A DNA stretch of 64,000 nucleotides from an uncultured virus (IMG/VR IMGVR_UViG_3300027869_000007) (IMGVR_UViG_3300027869_000007), one strand, 5' to 3'; counted from the first letter of the stretch, positions 8,894 through 18,814 are shown. Notes: generated by a model not told the origin, from the sequence alone. Numbers and translations: made by a program.

Positions 8894-10419
8894 TACTTAG
8901 CCTCAATTCGGTTGAGATAAGCGTCGGTGAAACCGCTAACACCGGCACCGTCCGGCGTGTTGAGTTGTACAAGCGTTTGCGTCACTGGTACGGTCGTGTC
9001 GCCAAAACGAGAAGCACCAAGCGTCCCAGCCAACGTAGTCACATTGCCACTACCAGGAGGCCAGTTGATGACTGCGTCCGACATCTCGTGAATCCACATA
9101 CCGTAACTCGCGTTTGCCGCCCCGTTCTGCGTAATGTTTCCGAGCAGTGCTCGTCCTCCGTCGGCCACGACGAACTGGTTTCCCGTTGAACCGGAGATAT
9201 CCATCTGGTCGATGGCGACCTGTGAACCAGAGCCGCGGACGTTGATAATCCCCTGCTGCGAGTCGTCTATATTAGCCCCCAAAATATAGCCGGGCAGACG
9301 AGGATCGGCTGTGTGCGCAAACGTTCCGGCAGAGACGGGGTTACCGTCACCTGGGTTTGAGATACTCTGCGGACCGCCCGCGAGCAATGTGATATTGTAC
9401 CAGCCTGCCGACCCGGCGACGTTTAGAGTGCCGTTCGTATCGATCGTAAAAGTGACGTTGTTCGCTGCGACGTCGCCAACTAGGTCGCCGCCGCCGCCGA
9501 TGAACACGTTACCGTCATGAAGAGATAGCGACGCACCTGCGCGCAAGAAAGAAAACGGGTTATTCGGATCGGAACCCCACGGAGGTGGGAAACTGCCGCC
9601 GATGGCTCCACCGCCGCCTGCGAAGAAAAGCGAACCTGCGGTAAGATCTATTACGACACCCTCAGTAGACGCGACCGACTTGTATGGCCCGACGCTGATA
9701 CCGCCAGACCCGGCGACCAACGTGATGCCCTTCATACCAAGAAGTTGACCGCTGTAGGACAAGCTCAGCCCGTTAGGGTTAGTGCTGGTAATAGTGACGT
9801 TCGGTGTCTCGACTCGAAAATGATCGCCAATGGAGATAGGGCTAGCTGTTGGTGTCTTGAGAAAAAGCGTGGACGCGTCGTTATTGGCTATCTTAATTCG
9901 CATCCCAGCATTGGCGCCGTCGATAAAGAAAATGTATCCGTTCGTACGGAAGATTGTCGGCACCAAAACCTGAGCGCTCGCGAGGCTGATACCCACGCCG
10001 CCGTTATTGGTGGCCGCAGTGGCGGTCAAGTCACCAAACACGTTGGCGAAACCGCCAATGAGCCCCAAAGGAGAGACACGTTGCGCACCTCCACCGACAG
10101 TCGCAGGCCCGACAAATTGATCCGAAGAATAAGTATAACTACCGGGCGCGAAAATTACCTGCGTTGGAGCGGTTGTTATATTAGTAAGCGGAGACGGTGT
10201 CAACGCTCTGTCTGCTGTTGCAAACGCTGTTGCCGATGTTAACCCGTTGTTGGCGTCGTTTCCGTTGGTACTATCGACGAAAATCTTGACGAACGCACTG
10301 CCTACGGTACCGGACAGCGTGGCAACTTGCTGTGCCTGCTGTGCAGACATAAGTCCGTCATTAGCAGGTGTTGCAAGCGGGCACTCGTTACGTATAGATA
10401 GAGAGGGTCCAGTAGCCAT
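8893..10419 (-). CDS. Gly-rich spike/fibre protein with beta-helix-associated N-terminal motif
   Basis: IFVDSTNGNDANNGLTSATAFATADRAL motif typical of pectin-lyase-fold proteins. Confidence 0.6.
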   Translation of the reverse strand: MATGPSLSIRNECPLATPANDGLMSAQQAQQVATLSGTVGSAFVKIFVDSTNGNDANNGLTSATAFATADRALTPSPLTNITTAPTQVIFAPGSYTYSSDQFVGPATVGGGAQRVSPLGLIGGFANVFGDLTATAATNNGGVGISLASAQVLVPTIFRTNGYIFFIDGANAGMRIKIANNDASTLFLKTPTASPISIGDHFRVETPNVTITSTNPNGLSLSYSGQLLGMKGITLVAGSGGISVGPYKSVASTEGVVIDLTAGSLFFAGGGGAIGGSFPPPWGSDPNNPFSFLRAGASLSLHDGNVFIGGGGDLVGDVAANNVTFTIDTNGTLNVAGSAGWYNITLLAGGPQSISNPGDGNPVSAGTFAHTADPRLPGYILGANIDDSQQGIINVRGSGSQVAIDQMDISGSTGNQFVVADGGRALLGNITQNGAANASYGMWIHEMSDAVINWPPGSGNVTTLAGTLGASRFGDTTVPVTQTLVQLNTPDGAGVSGFTDAYLNRIEAK

Positions 10420-10541
10420 GCTCGATCCTAATCGGCACCAAAATGTGCCTCACTTTAAAGGATACGGCATGTTAGATGTGAAGCGCCAGAAAAAATCCTT
10501 TTTATAATAAAATGAGCCCAAGACACGGACGCAAGGACCCT

Positions 10542-10640
10542 GGAAGAGCGGGTTTTAGTCAGAGGCCGAAACTACCGAGCTTATGCCTCGGCGAACGGTG
10601 TTCGCGCACCGCTCCGTGGGTTCGAACCCTGCCGTTCCCT
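10542..10640 (+). tRNA. Degenerate tRNA-like element, long variable arm, anticodon UAU
   Basis: Anticodon arm CCGAG-CTTATGC-CTCGG; variable arm CGGTG-TTCGCG-CACCG; T-loop GGGTTCGAACCC; acceptor stem poorly paired; no CCA. Confidence 0.45.
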
Positions 10641-11026
10641 CAATTACTTTTTTGAGAAGGAGGAGGTTCGTTCTCAGCTAGACAATTTCTGATAAATTTC
10701 AACAACTTGTCGACCTTCCCGAGGCTTATCGTATCAACCGGAGAGACACCTCCTAGCAGAGGATTAGGTGTGTTAAACCACAGCGCTGCCTTATTCTTGT
10801 TACCAAAAAACTTGCAAACAAGATCGACTGCAACTGTGACCTGTTGCGTGATTCTAATTCTTCGGTAGTGCTCTCTTAGTTCGAATAGCTCTGCTTCGGC
10901 CTCGGAACCCTTCAATTTCGCTTCAGTTTCAAGCTCTTTCATAAATGAGTCAAATTTAGATCCGATATGCTTACGAGCGGTTTTGATTGCAGAAGAGGTT
11001 GTTTTCTGTCCCTTTTTACGTGTCAC
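10640..11026 (-). CDS. Xre/MbcA/ParS-type antitoxin C-terminal domain protein
   Basis: FFGNKNKAALWFNTPNPLLGGVSPVD matches the MbcA/ParS/Xre toxin-binding motif. Confidence 0.7.
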   Translation of the reverse strand: MTRKKGQKTTSSAIKTARKHIGSKFDSFMKELETEAKLKGSEAEAELFELREHYRRIRITQQVTVAVDLVCKFFGNKNKAALWFNTPNPLLGGVSPVDTISLGKVDKLLKFIRNCLAENEPPPSQKSN

Positions 11027-11553
11027 TTAGTTGCCTCGACGTTCAACGATAACAACAGCCCATTTTCCTTGTCCAAATGAGGAAAATACGCGCTCGCGTA
11101 ATCATCTACGTTTGCGTGTTCGGTTTTTCTCCAGTCGTAGCGCTTTACATCGCAAAACCCGACGTCGATCAAAATCGACTTCAACGTCTCGAAATCGTAG
11201 ACAGTATGATGGATATTATAGAGCACGTTACCGCGCCCAAACAACGATCCTATCACATGTTCCAATTTCTTGGTTTTCTGATACAGCTCTACCAGTGACT
11301 CGAAATCAGGAACTGCAAGACGTAATGTTCCTCCAGGAATTAGCATTCGTCGCCACTCAGATAGCACGCGTGCGGCTTCGCGTCTGTGAAAGTGTTCTAG
11401 AACGTGACAGGAGTAGATTACTTCTACTGAGTTATCTTCGATCATCGGTAGATGGTCTACAGAGTGAACTAGATCGACATGCGGAAACTCAACAGCGTCC
11501 ACGTGAGTGTAGCCACTAATGAATCTCTTACCGCAGCCGAGATGGAGTTTCAA
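11023..11553 (-). CDS. SAM-dependent methyltransferase (type 11-like)
   Basis: KLHLGCG, VIYSCHVLEHF, LIPGGTLRLAVPD. Confidence 0.9.
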   Translation of the reverse strand: MKLHLGCGKRFISGYTHVDAVEFPHVDLVHSVDHLPMIEDNSVEVIYSCHVLEHFHRREAARVLSEWRRMLIPGGTLRLAVPDFESLVELYQKTKKLEHVIGSLFGRGNVLYNIHHTVYDFETLKSILIDVGFCDVKRYDWRKTEHANVDDYASAYFPHLDKENGLLLSLNVEATK

Positions 11554-11911
11554 GCGTCGTCCAGAGCGCCCGCGAGACCGCGCTTGATAGCAGGTCTAAC
11601 GTCGTCGCTCTTAAACCCTTTGTCGTAAAGATCCCGCTTGATCTCCCTAACTACCTTGCCGACTTTCTCACGAGTTTCACTCTCTACATTAGCGGCTCCT
11701 CGCTTGCCTAAGTTCTCGTGTTTCTTGTCCATTTTTTTGCTCCTTTCTGTCCTTTTTCCATGTGACGATGCAAAGGCTGTGTCCACAAATGCCTATAAAA
11801 TCGACAATGTTTTTATCTATTCGTTTAAATTTCATACTGTATCGGTCCTCATAGCCCGAAACAGTCCCACATGTCGAACACTTACCAGACCATTTCCTTA
11901 TGTTGAACATC

Positions 11912-13087
11912 CTAAAACAAGCTCAAGTGATCGAAATAAACGTCAGTATATGCTGCCGTCCAGTCGTTTTTCGCCCAAAAATCTATAGCTTTATCATAAG
12001 CAGCCTTCACTATACGTGATGATTGCTCGGGGGTCGACCTGACCTGATCTACTTTTGCAAGTAGGTCATTAGCAGTGCCGTCGAAGGAGATGAAATGCTC
12101 GCCGTCGACAAACCCCATCTTAGAAAGCTCGCTCCACTTGTCACGAACAAACTGAACGTTACCACTCATCCATAAATCTACAGTACGACAATTAAAAAGT
12201 GAGGACACAGGGATGTTGAATCCCGACAAGGAATTAGCATACAATGACGACATAGGATATCCAAGACCCTTTGGGTGAGGCGGGTGTCTTGGCTCAAGCG
12301 GTCCGTCAGGCATGCCTACACCGTGTAGCTTCATCTGCAACCCGATCTGCTTTTGCTTAGAATGAGCAGACATCATCTGCTGCATTAAACCTAGGCGTTC
12401 CCCAGCTCCAGCAAAACCGACAAACGCTAGGTGTGGTAGCGCTTCTCCCCTTAAGATCTTTTCCTGCTTCTCTTCGATGCTAAACCCTAGTTCCTTAAGA
12501 CCTACGTCAAGTCCTACACTCATAGAGCTAGGACAAAATCTTGTATACGGTATCCCTCGACGCTTATACTCGTCGGCAGTCAAAGACCCATCCACAAGGT
12601 TCCAAACAAACATAGAATAAACTATCGCATTGAAATTCGCGGCTACTGGAAATGTCTTTACATCCGACGATCCTGGACAATCATCACCGAACGAAATAGC
12701 CCTGAGCGGAAAAAGTCTGGGTAAAAGGCCGTTTACCACATCAGGGAAGCACTGATGTGTATGCTCCCATAAAAGAGAACGACAACCTGCACTAGAAAAA
12801 GAAGCCAAATCCTTGCGCTGTTGATCTAGAACAGCAGCCGAAGGAGGACAAAGATTATCAATAACAGGGAATCTAATAGGAAGTCGCAGATCTCCTGATG
12901 AGACATAGGCGCTGTAAACAGGATAAAATCTGTTGTGGACTCTAATTTCTACGTCGTTGCGCTTGAAAGTCCAAGTGAACCTTTCGGCAAAAACGGAAGA
13001 GTAGTCTTTATCGTCAGTGTCAGGCCACTTTTTCCATTCATGTCGATGCGCAGCGATTACCTGCTCAATTTCAACAGTACGTGTCAC
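11912..13087 (-). CDS. Glycosyltransferase-like protein (GT-B/CgeB-like C-terminus)
   Basis: LAFVG...FNCRTVDLWMSG..GFVDGEHFISFD...RIVKAAY pattern; context among glycosyltransferases. Confidence 0.6.
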   Translation of the reverse strand: MTRTVEIEQVIAAHRHEWKKWPDTDDKDYSSVFAERFTWTFKRNDVEIRVHNRFYPVYSAYVSSGDLRLPIRFPVIDNLCPPSAAVLDQQRKDLASFSSAGCRSLLWEHTHQCFPDVVNGLLPRLFPLRAISFGDDCPGSSDVKTFPVAANFNAIVYSMFVWNLVDGSLTADEYKRRGIPYTRFCPSSMSVGLDVGLKELGFSIEEKQEKILRGEALPHLAFVGFAGAGERLGLMQQMMSAHSKQKQIGLQMKLHGVGMPDGPLEPRHPPHPKGLGYPMSSLYANSLSGFNIPVSSLFNCRTVDLWMSGNVQFVRDKWSELSKMGFVDGEHFISFDGTANDLLAKVDQVRSTPEQSSRIVKAAYDKAIDFWAKNDWTAAYTDVYFDHLSLF

Positions 13088-14370
13088 AAGCCGCTCCTAA
13101 TAAAATCTCTATATCTCTCCTTCCACACATCCCACGACCAGTCTTTAATAATAGACTTACGATTTATATTGCCCATTTCGGCCGCACGCTTTGGCGTTAG
13201 CTCTCTCAGCGCGCCTGCGAACATATCTACCGATCTGTCGACTAGAAGAATACCAGAATCTCCAAAATCGTCAAGCTGCTTGTCTCGTAGCTCGCGATGG
13301 TTTCCTACATCGGTCGCTATCAACGCAAGACCTGATGCCATTCCTTCCATGATCGAATTACTCGCACTCTCGTATGCTGACGCGCATAGTGCTACGTTCG
13401 ATTGACGATAGAAATCAGTCATTTCTGCTGAGGTTCGTCTACGTCTTGGTCCTTCGACCGTTCCGTACTCGGCAGCTACTAGCGGAACATTCGCACGAAT
13501 ACATGAAGGTATTACAAAATCATAGAACCCTTTGATGACTCTCCCGTCCATCGCCTTATGCATAGCGTTACCGTTCCACGACGCTACGATCTTATTGTGC
13601 TTAGGAGGAGGAGGAAATCTGCGCATGTTGACAGGGTTGGTGAGATATACGATATTAGGACATCTGTCAATCAACTCGTCGTAATTACGCTTTGCAGATA
13701 ACTGAAACGCTCTGCAGCGATTTACTGACTTGATATCTTCGTCGTCAGGAGGTCCGGGCTTCTCGGGTTTGAAGAACTGAGAACGCATAGCCCCTAGAAG
13801 TCTATCTGTAGGGATACCCATAGACGGGTTTCTATGGTAAGCCTCGTATATTACGTGATATTTGCTCCAGTCAGGACGTTCCCCCTTAAACCAGTTTTCT
13901 GTATAGAAATGCTCAAACTCAAAATCGTCAGCGAGATATTCGGCCAAATCTTTCATGTTCTGATCAAAAGCCCACCCTGGAACGTCACTAACAAGCAAAA
14001 CCTTAGGACGCTTACACGGTGGCGGTCGCGAAATTTTTTGAGCTGCAGATGTAGAACGTCTAGGAGGTGCAAATACTACTTGAATTTCACGACGTTTACC
14101 GCTATCGGAAAGATGCTCGTATATACCTATCAACCATCCCGCTGCTTCGGCGCGCTGTTTAAGCGCGTTTATGACGTTATCAGATGCAAAACCTGCCGGG
14201 ACTCTTAGGTCTAGAATCCCGCCATCAAACGTGTTATGTATACTAGACTCTATAGAAGCTTCTAGATAGTCTAGACAGTCTTCTTCTTCCTCGTCTAGAG
14301 TGATATCTACAACTTCGTCCTTAGTGCTGCGAGCAAGAGCGATAGATACAGCATCTTCCGCCCTGATCAT
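13084..14370 (-). CDS. GT4-family glycosyltransferase with extra N-terminal domain
   Basis: CASAYESASNSIMEGMASGLALIATDVG (EX7E motif). Confidence 0.85.
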   Translation of the reverse strand: MIRAEDAVSIALARSTKDEVVDITLDEEEEDCLDYLEASIESSIHNTFDGGILDLRVPAGFASDNVINALKQRAEAAGWLIGIYEHLSDSGKRREIQVVFAPPRRSTSAAQKISRPPPCKRPKVLLVSDVPGWAFDQNMKDLAEYLADDFEFEHFYTENWFKGERPDWSKYHVIYEAYHRNPSMGIPTDRLLGAMRSQFFKPEKPGPPDDEDIKSVNRCRAFQLSAKRNYDELIDRCPNIVYLTNPVNMRRFPPPPKHNKIVASWNGNAMHKAMDGRVIKGFYDFVIPSCIRANVPLVAAEYGTVEGPRRRRTSAEMTDFYRQSNVALCASAYESASNSIMEGMASGLALIATDVGNHRELRDKQLDDFGDSGILLVDRSVDMFAGALRELTPKRAAEMGNINRKSIIKDWSWDVWKERYRDFIRSGL

Positions 14371-15191
14371 GACTGTTCCACAGCTCTACGCACACTCTCT
14401 ACGAAGTTTATCTTCTTAAGTTCTTCGAACCCTCTACGTTCGGCCGTTTGTCTTAGATGGGGAAACTGTACCATCTCCTTACAGCGTCTAACTAGACGTG
14501 TATAAGAGACAAGTTCAGTTGCACTTCGAGCAAACGACTCTAGATCTAGATCATATCCTCCATCTTCAGAAACTACACACTTTCGGTTAGCCAGCAGGTG
14601 AGAAACACGAAAAATCTCGAATATCGGCTTATCGTAAAAATGGACATTTAGAATAACCTTAGAGCGAGCGATATATTCGTCTCGTTCGGCCCCGTAAACA
14701 CCAAATAGTCTTTCTACACGAAGTCCGGCTTCGGTCAGATCTTCCAGGATTATTCGACGTCTGGCGTTGATAGCGCCGTAAAACAAAACGTCTATATCCT
14801 GTTCTGTCGCCGGTTTAATCTTCGTCATAGACGGAATATAGCCAATAGGGCAGTGTATAGCTTTTTTGATGCCTACCTCTTTAAGGGCCTCTATATTGGA
14901 GCGGCTGTAGTCCCAGAAAACATGATCTGTGTAGTCGTTTAATTCGGCATTTTTTATAGCAGGAACTTGCTCGGCGTTGAATAAAATGGCGTCCTTAGGC
15001 ATTTGCTTAAAAGGATCTGCCATCCTACCCACAGCACCAAACACAATAAGACGTCCTGGATTATCAAAGCCTACAACTTCATGACCAAGCTCTCGTAAAG
15101 CATCGCGAAGCGCTTCGGCTACGTCTTCAAAACATGCCGCGTGAGGAGAGTCAACCTTGTCACGACCGACGATGGCTATCGTGAACTTCAT
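14367..15191 (-). CDS. Glycosyltransferase (GT-B/CgeB-like)
   Basis: DIDVLFYG..RR, IARSKVILNVH..IFEIFRVSHLLAN; ATG at 15191 overlaps the upstream stop (ATGA). Confidence 0.75.
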   Translation of the reverse strand: MKFTIAIVGRDKVDSPHAACFEDVAEALRDALRELGHEVVGFDNPGRLIVFGAVGRMADPFKQMPKDAILFNAEQVPAIKNAELNDYTDHVFWDYSRSNIEALKEVGIKKAIHCPIGYIPSMTKIKPATEQDIDVLFYGAINARRRIILEDLTEAGLRVERLFGVYGAERDEYIARSKVILNVHFYDKPIFEIFRVSHLLANRKCVVSEDGGYDLDLESFARSATELVSYTRLVRRCKEMVQFPHLRQTAERRGFEELKKINFVESVRRAVEQS

Positions 15192-15382
15192 GGCGCTTTG
15201 GAAGCTTCCAAAAGATTCTTGCCAGAAATAGATAAACAGTCGGAGCTGCAAATATCTAAATACTTTGTCGTATCAGACATGCCAGAACCTAGAACTGTTA
15301 CGACGAACCATCCCCCACCGCCGAATGCCTGTAACGATTTCTCAACCCCGCAAACGTCGCAGATGATGGTTTGTCGTTTCAC
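15188..15382 (-). CDS. Small Zn-binding hypothetical protein
   Basis: CDVC...CSSDC; coupled to both neighbours. Confidence 0.5.
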   Translation of the reverse strand: MKRQTIICDVCGVEKSLQAFGGGGWFVVTVLGSGMSDTTKYLDICSSDCLSISGKNLLEASKAP

Positions 15383-16587
15383 GCGTTCTCCAGGTATGGT
15401 GAGAATACCTCCTTCGGACCGCCTGCTGCAATTCCTCGATCGGCCGCTGTCTTCATCGCATCCTTCTTTCCAAGGACCTTAGCACACTCTGCGGCAATAC
15501 GGTATGCTAACCATTCAACTCGCGTATCACTCGGTAAAAAAAGAGGATTTTCTTTTGCTTCTTTGGCTACACGTACGGTTTCCCTGCACAGATAAGCGCC
15601 CTTTCTCGGATCAATCTGTGCTGAATGAGCGGCTAGCATGTACCACACTTCGGGTCGTCTTGGATCTAGTTTTACTAGTTCTTCAAGCCTGATAACCATT
15701 TCGACATCGTTGTATATCTCGATTTGCTCGGCAACGTTTAGATACTTGAACAGTGCATAATGCACGTCTTCAGAAGACCCTTCAAGATCTGCGCGTTGCT
15801 TAAAATAGGACATTGCAGCCATCTTGTGAAACAGCCACTTGCTTTCAGGAACACGCGGCTCTGCTTCAGCTAGCTTTTCGTGCGTATTAGCAAGGTGCAT
15901 GATAGCCCGTGCGCGAGAGATGTGTCCTATGTGATCTGTAACAGGGGCTTCGGCTAGATAGTTAAGTAGAGGTATGTCTACCTCTCGCATGCGTCTATAA
16001 AGCCGTGTCGGATCTGGTTCGCTATGAACTATCTTAACCCCTGGGATAAGAGGACCGCCGGTTTGAAAGTCCTTACCGACAGGAACTTCGTGAATAGGAA
16101 AAATATAACGACGACGCTCGCCGGTCATACGTAACACTCTAGGGTATGGAAAGGCTACAGGACCGGTTTCAATCATAACCGTGTAGGCGTCGTCGGTGGC
16201 GTTACGATGTTCTTCTAGAAAAGCTCGTAAATTCTCGCCACCGACTAGCGTTTCGTTTCCCGAAAGCATCAATGAAAATTCGGCCGACTCTCCTTCTACT
16301 CCTGTTCGTTCGGCTTCTCTATCTAAAACAACGTTTCTGTTCGCTGCAAAATCTATTATTCTTCTGTCTTTAACCCCGTCAAATGTAACTGCTTCTTTAC
16401 TAAGAAGAATAGACGAGTTTTTAGAGTTATCTGCTAGATAGTTTTCTATGATATCTAGAGTATTATCGATAGACCTTGTATCTAGCAAGGTCATACGATC
16501 TACGAAGGGGTTGGCCGAATCGAGCACCTCTTTGATGTTGGATGCTTCGTTCTTAAAGATGCCTACTAATGCAAGTAGTGGCCTCAA
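15379..16587 (-). CDS. GT2-like glycosyltransferase with C-terminal TPR-like helices
   Basis: IFKNEA..LLDTRSIDNT..DFAANRN..IHE, followed by a helical domain (DPRRPEVWYMLA). Confidence 0.75.
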   Translation of the reverse strand: MRPLLALVGIFKNEASNIKEVLDSANPFVDRMTLLDTRSIDNTLDIIENYLADNSKNSSILLSKEAVTFDGVKDRRIIDFAANRNVVLDREAERTGVEGESAEFSLMLSGNETLVGGENLRAFLEEHRNATDDAYTVMIETGPVAFPYPRVLRMTGERRRYIFPIHEVPVGKDFQTGGPLIPGVKIVHSEPDPTRLYRRMREVDIPLLNYLAEAPVTDHIGHISRARAIMHLANTHEKLAEAEPRVPESKWLFHKMAAMSYFKQRADLEGSSEDVHYALFKYLNVAEQIEIYNDVEMVIRLEELVKLDPRRPEVWYMLAAHSAQIDPRKGAYLCRETVRVAKEAKENPLFLPSDTRVEWLAYRIAAECAKVLGKKDAMKTAADRGIAAGGPKEVFSPYLENA

Positions 16588-16592
16588 TTGAG

Positions 16593-17126
16593 CTAAGCCT
16601 TCGGACCAATGTCATTCTTCTTGTTCGTCGACGCACGAGCTACCGAAGGCGGAAATCCGGCAACCGCTGGGGGGGTCGCAACCTGTGTCGTGTTTGTCGC
16701 AGCCGCAGCCGCAGGGGTGGCTGCAGTAGCAGGCTTAGACTTTGGAACCTGCGTAGCATTAACGCCACCGCCTGAGTTTTCAGGCATCCCTTCAGACGCC
16801 GCATCCATCATATCTTCAAGGGCTGCATCTTCTGCGGACATTTCAGTCCCGTCCTTGTTCATACGACGACTAGGAGTGCTTGCCACGCTTTCAGCCGCTT
16901 CTGAAGCAACTTCCTCGACAGCTTCTCCGCCCTTAATAGTTACTAAGGCTTTCTTGACAGACATAAGAAGCTGATCTATCCGCTCGTTAGTCTTCCTAAT
17001 ACGCGAATTCAACTCAAGAACCCAGTCAGGAGTCTCGGCCGAAATAGAGTTACATGTCGCTACAAGCCGCTCCGGAGCGTTCTGCTTGACGTTTTCGAGA
17101 ATATCCTTTGCTTCCTTTGGATTCAT
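16593..17126 (-). CDS. Hypothetical protein (coiled coil plus Ala/Pro/Thr tail)
   Basis: 177 aa with RBS AAGGGAG. Confidence 0.6.
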   Translation of the reverse strand: MNPKEAKDILENVKQNAPERLVATCNSISAETPDWVLELNSRIRKTNERIDQLLMSVKKALVTIKGGEAVEEVASEAAESVASTPSRRMNKDGTEMSAEDAALEDMMDAASEGMPENSGGGVNATQVPKSKPATAATPAAAAATNTTQVATPPAVAGFPPSVARASTNKKNDIGPKA

Positions 17127-17137
17127 GTGACTCCCTT

Positions 17138-18265
17138 TTAGGACTGTGTTTTGTTCGCGATGCGCTGCTGGATCATTGCCAGTAGCGGCGCTAGTTGTGC
17201 TATAGGAAATATTTCTCTTAGTCTGTCTATTTGATCTTGAGTTACACCTAAAGAGCCGCCTGGTAGTATCTTATCCAGAAGATCGGGAGATCCGTTTTTA
17301 AACGCGACGGATAAAAGCACGTCGCTTTGTTCTATAGACAAAACACCTGAATGGATACTGTTGTTGCTAGCGTCTACATAGCTAAACGCTTTGTTCATCT
17401 GGTCTTCGGTCAGGCTTCCGCCTTCGTCTACAGGCTTAAAAAACTGCTTTAGAGCCATACTTTCAGGGGTCTGCTGCACCTCTGCTATTTTCCTGCCAGA
17501 AAGTTGGTTTATGATTGTAGGCGCAAGGCCGAATACTATATCTCTACCTTGAGCAAAAGACTCTTGCTTAAACTGAGTCCATTGCAATTCTAACTTTCGC
17601 TCATGCTCAAGCGACAAAGCTGCTGCAAGTCGCTCGTTAGCCTCGGCTAGCTTTTGGTGCATATTATCTAGCTGACGATGTAGGTATTCGTTCTCTCTGT
17701 TAGATCGGTCAAGTAGCGCACAAGCCATTTCATGATTGAGCGTTTGCATCTGCTCATCATGGTGCAGGGCTTGCTTGACATAGCCTATGTGAGGGGAAAA
17801 ATCTTCATCGCTATCGTCGCGATATTCTTCATTTCTAGGGCGACGATTAGGGTGCATCATCTTCAGAAATCTAGAATAAGGCTGTGAGTCTCGCATAAGA
17901 TGCCAGGCATGTACACCATAGCGCTGCTTACGTCCGCCTTCGTTGCAGTCGTGCTGCATTCGCTCTAGAATTTGATTAGATAGCACGACCAGCTGTTCCT
18001 TTGTGGGCTTACCTTTTAGCTTTTGCTTATCAGAAGCCTTAGGGCCTTCTGCTACTGGCTCCTTGTCGCCGCCTTCGGGCAGGTAGACCCTTGTCAAGAT
18101 AGGGTCGCCCAGATCGTTGAAATTTCTGCCCCTGACAGGGGAGACGACAAGCTTAGCCGGGCATTCCATAGGACCGTAGAACAGGTCTTCGAGCCAGTCG
18201 AAAAGAGACTGGTCTCTCGGATCAGGTTCTACTAGAACTTGTTCTCTTGGGGGTTGGTTGGACAC
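17138..18265 (-). CDS. Hypothetical protein with central coiled coil
   Basis: 375 aa; upstream TTGACC-N17-TAACGT. Confidence 0.65.
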   Translation of the reverse strand: MSNQPPREQVLVEPDPRDQSLFDWLEDLFYGPMECPAKLVVSPVRGRNFNDLGDPILTRVYLPEGGDKEPVAEGPKASDKQKLKGKPTKEQLVVLSNQILERMQHDCNEGGRKQRYGVHAWHLMRDSQPYSRFLKMMHPNRRPRNEEYRDDSDEDFSPHIGYVKQALHHDEQMQTLNHEMACALLDRSNRENEYLHRQLDNMHQKLAEANERLAAALSLEHERKLELQWTQFKQESFAQGRDIVFGLAPTIINQLSGRKIAEVQQTPESMALKQFFKPVDEGGSLTEDQMNKAFSYVDASNNSIHSGVLSIEQSDVLLSVAFKNGSPDLLDKILPGGSLGVTQDQIDRLREIFPIAQLAPLLAMIQQRIANKTQS

Positions 18266-18340
18266 TGTTACTGAACGTTAATATTAACTTTTGTCATGGT
18301 CAAGAGATTTTCTTTTGAGAACGTTTTTTCGTCATTAAAT

Positions 18341-18679
18341 CTAATAACGACGTCGGTGTTTTGTGTTTTTCTTGCCAGAAAGATTATTGCGTGCTAAGCG
18401 GTTAATCGAGGCTACCGCTGCATTCATTTTGAGCCTTGCGGCTGGATTAGAACTGTGGATGTCTATGACAGGAGGGTGATATCCATTAAGAGCAACTTGC
18501 TCTTCGATCCAAATAAGAACGTCGTTGCCGTTACCAACTCCAGGTTCTTCTCCTAGATCGTGATCAAGCGATAGATGGGTTACTTTATTGTTCTCTAGAA
18601 CTTCAACTGTTTCAGGAGCGGTTCTAGTAAGAAACCACCCGTCAGGAGGTGTGCGAACGTCGTCGAGATAGACTTTCAC
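18341..18679 (-). CDS. Cyclic-phosphate-processing receiver-like domain protein
   Basis: KVYLDDVRTPPDGW..LSLDHDLG..GNDVLIWIEE..IHSSNPAAR signature. Confidence 0.75.
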   Translation of the reverse strand: MKVYLDDVRTPPDGWFLTRTAPETVEVLENNKVTHLSLDHDLGEEPGVGNGNDVLIWIEEQVALNGYHPPVIDIHSSNPAARLKMNAAVASINRLARNNLSGKKNTKHRRRY

Positions 18680-18814
18680 TGCTCGCGATACCTTCCTAGA
18701 CTACGAGAAAATCCGCCTAACACCTGACCAGCCCTGATGCCTACAGCATATCGGTCGGCACCCCCACCAAGAGGGCTGTCAAAAAGTCTCAATGGTGAGG
18801 GTGTCGTAGTGCCG

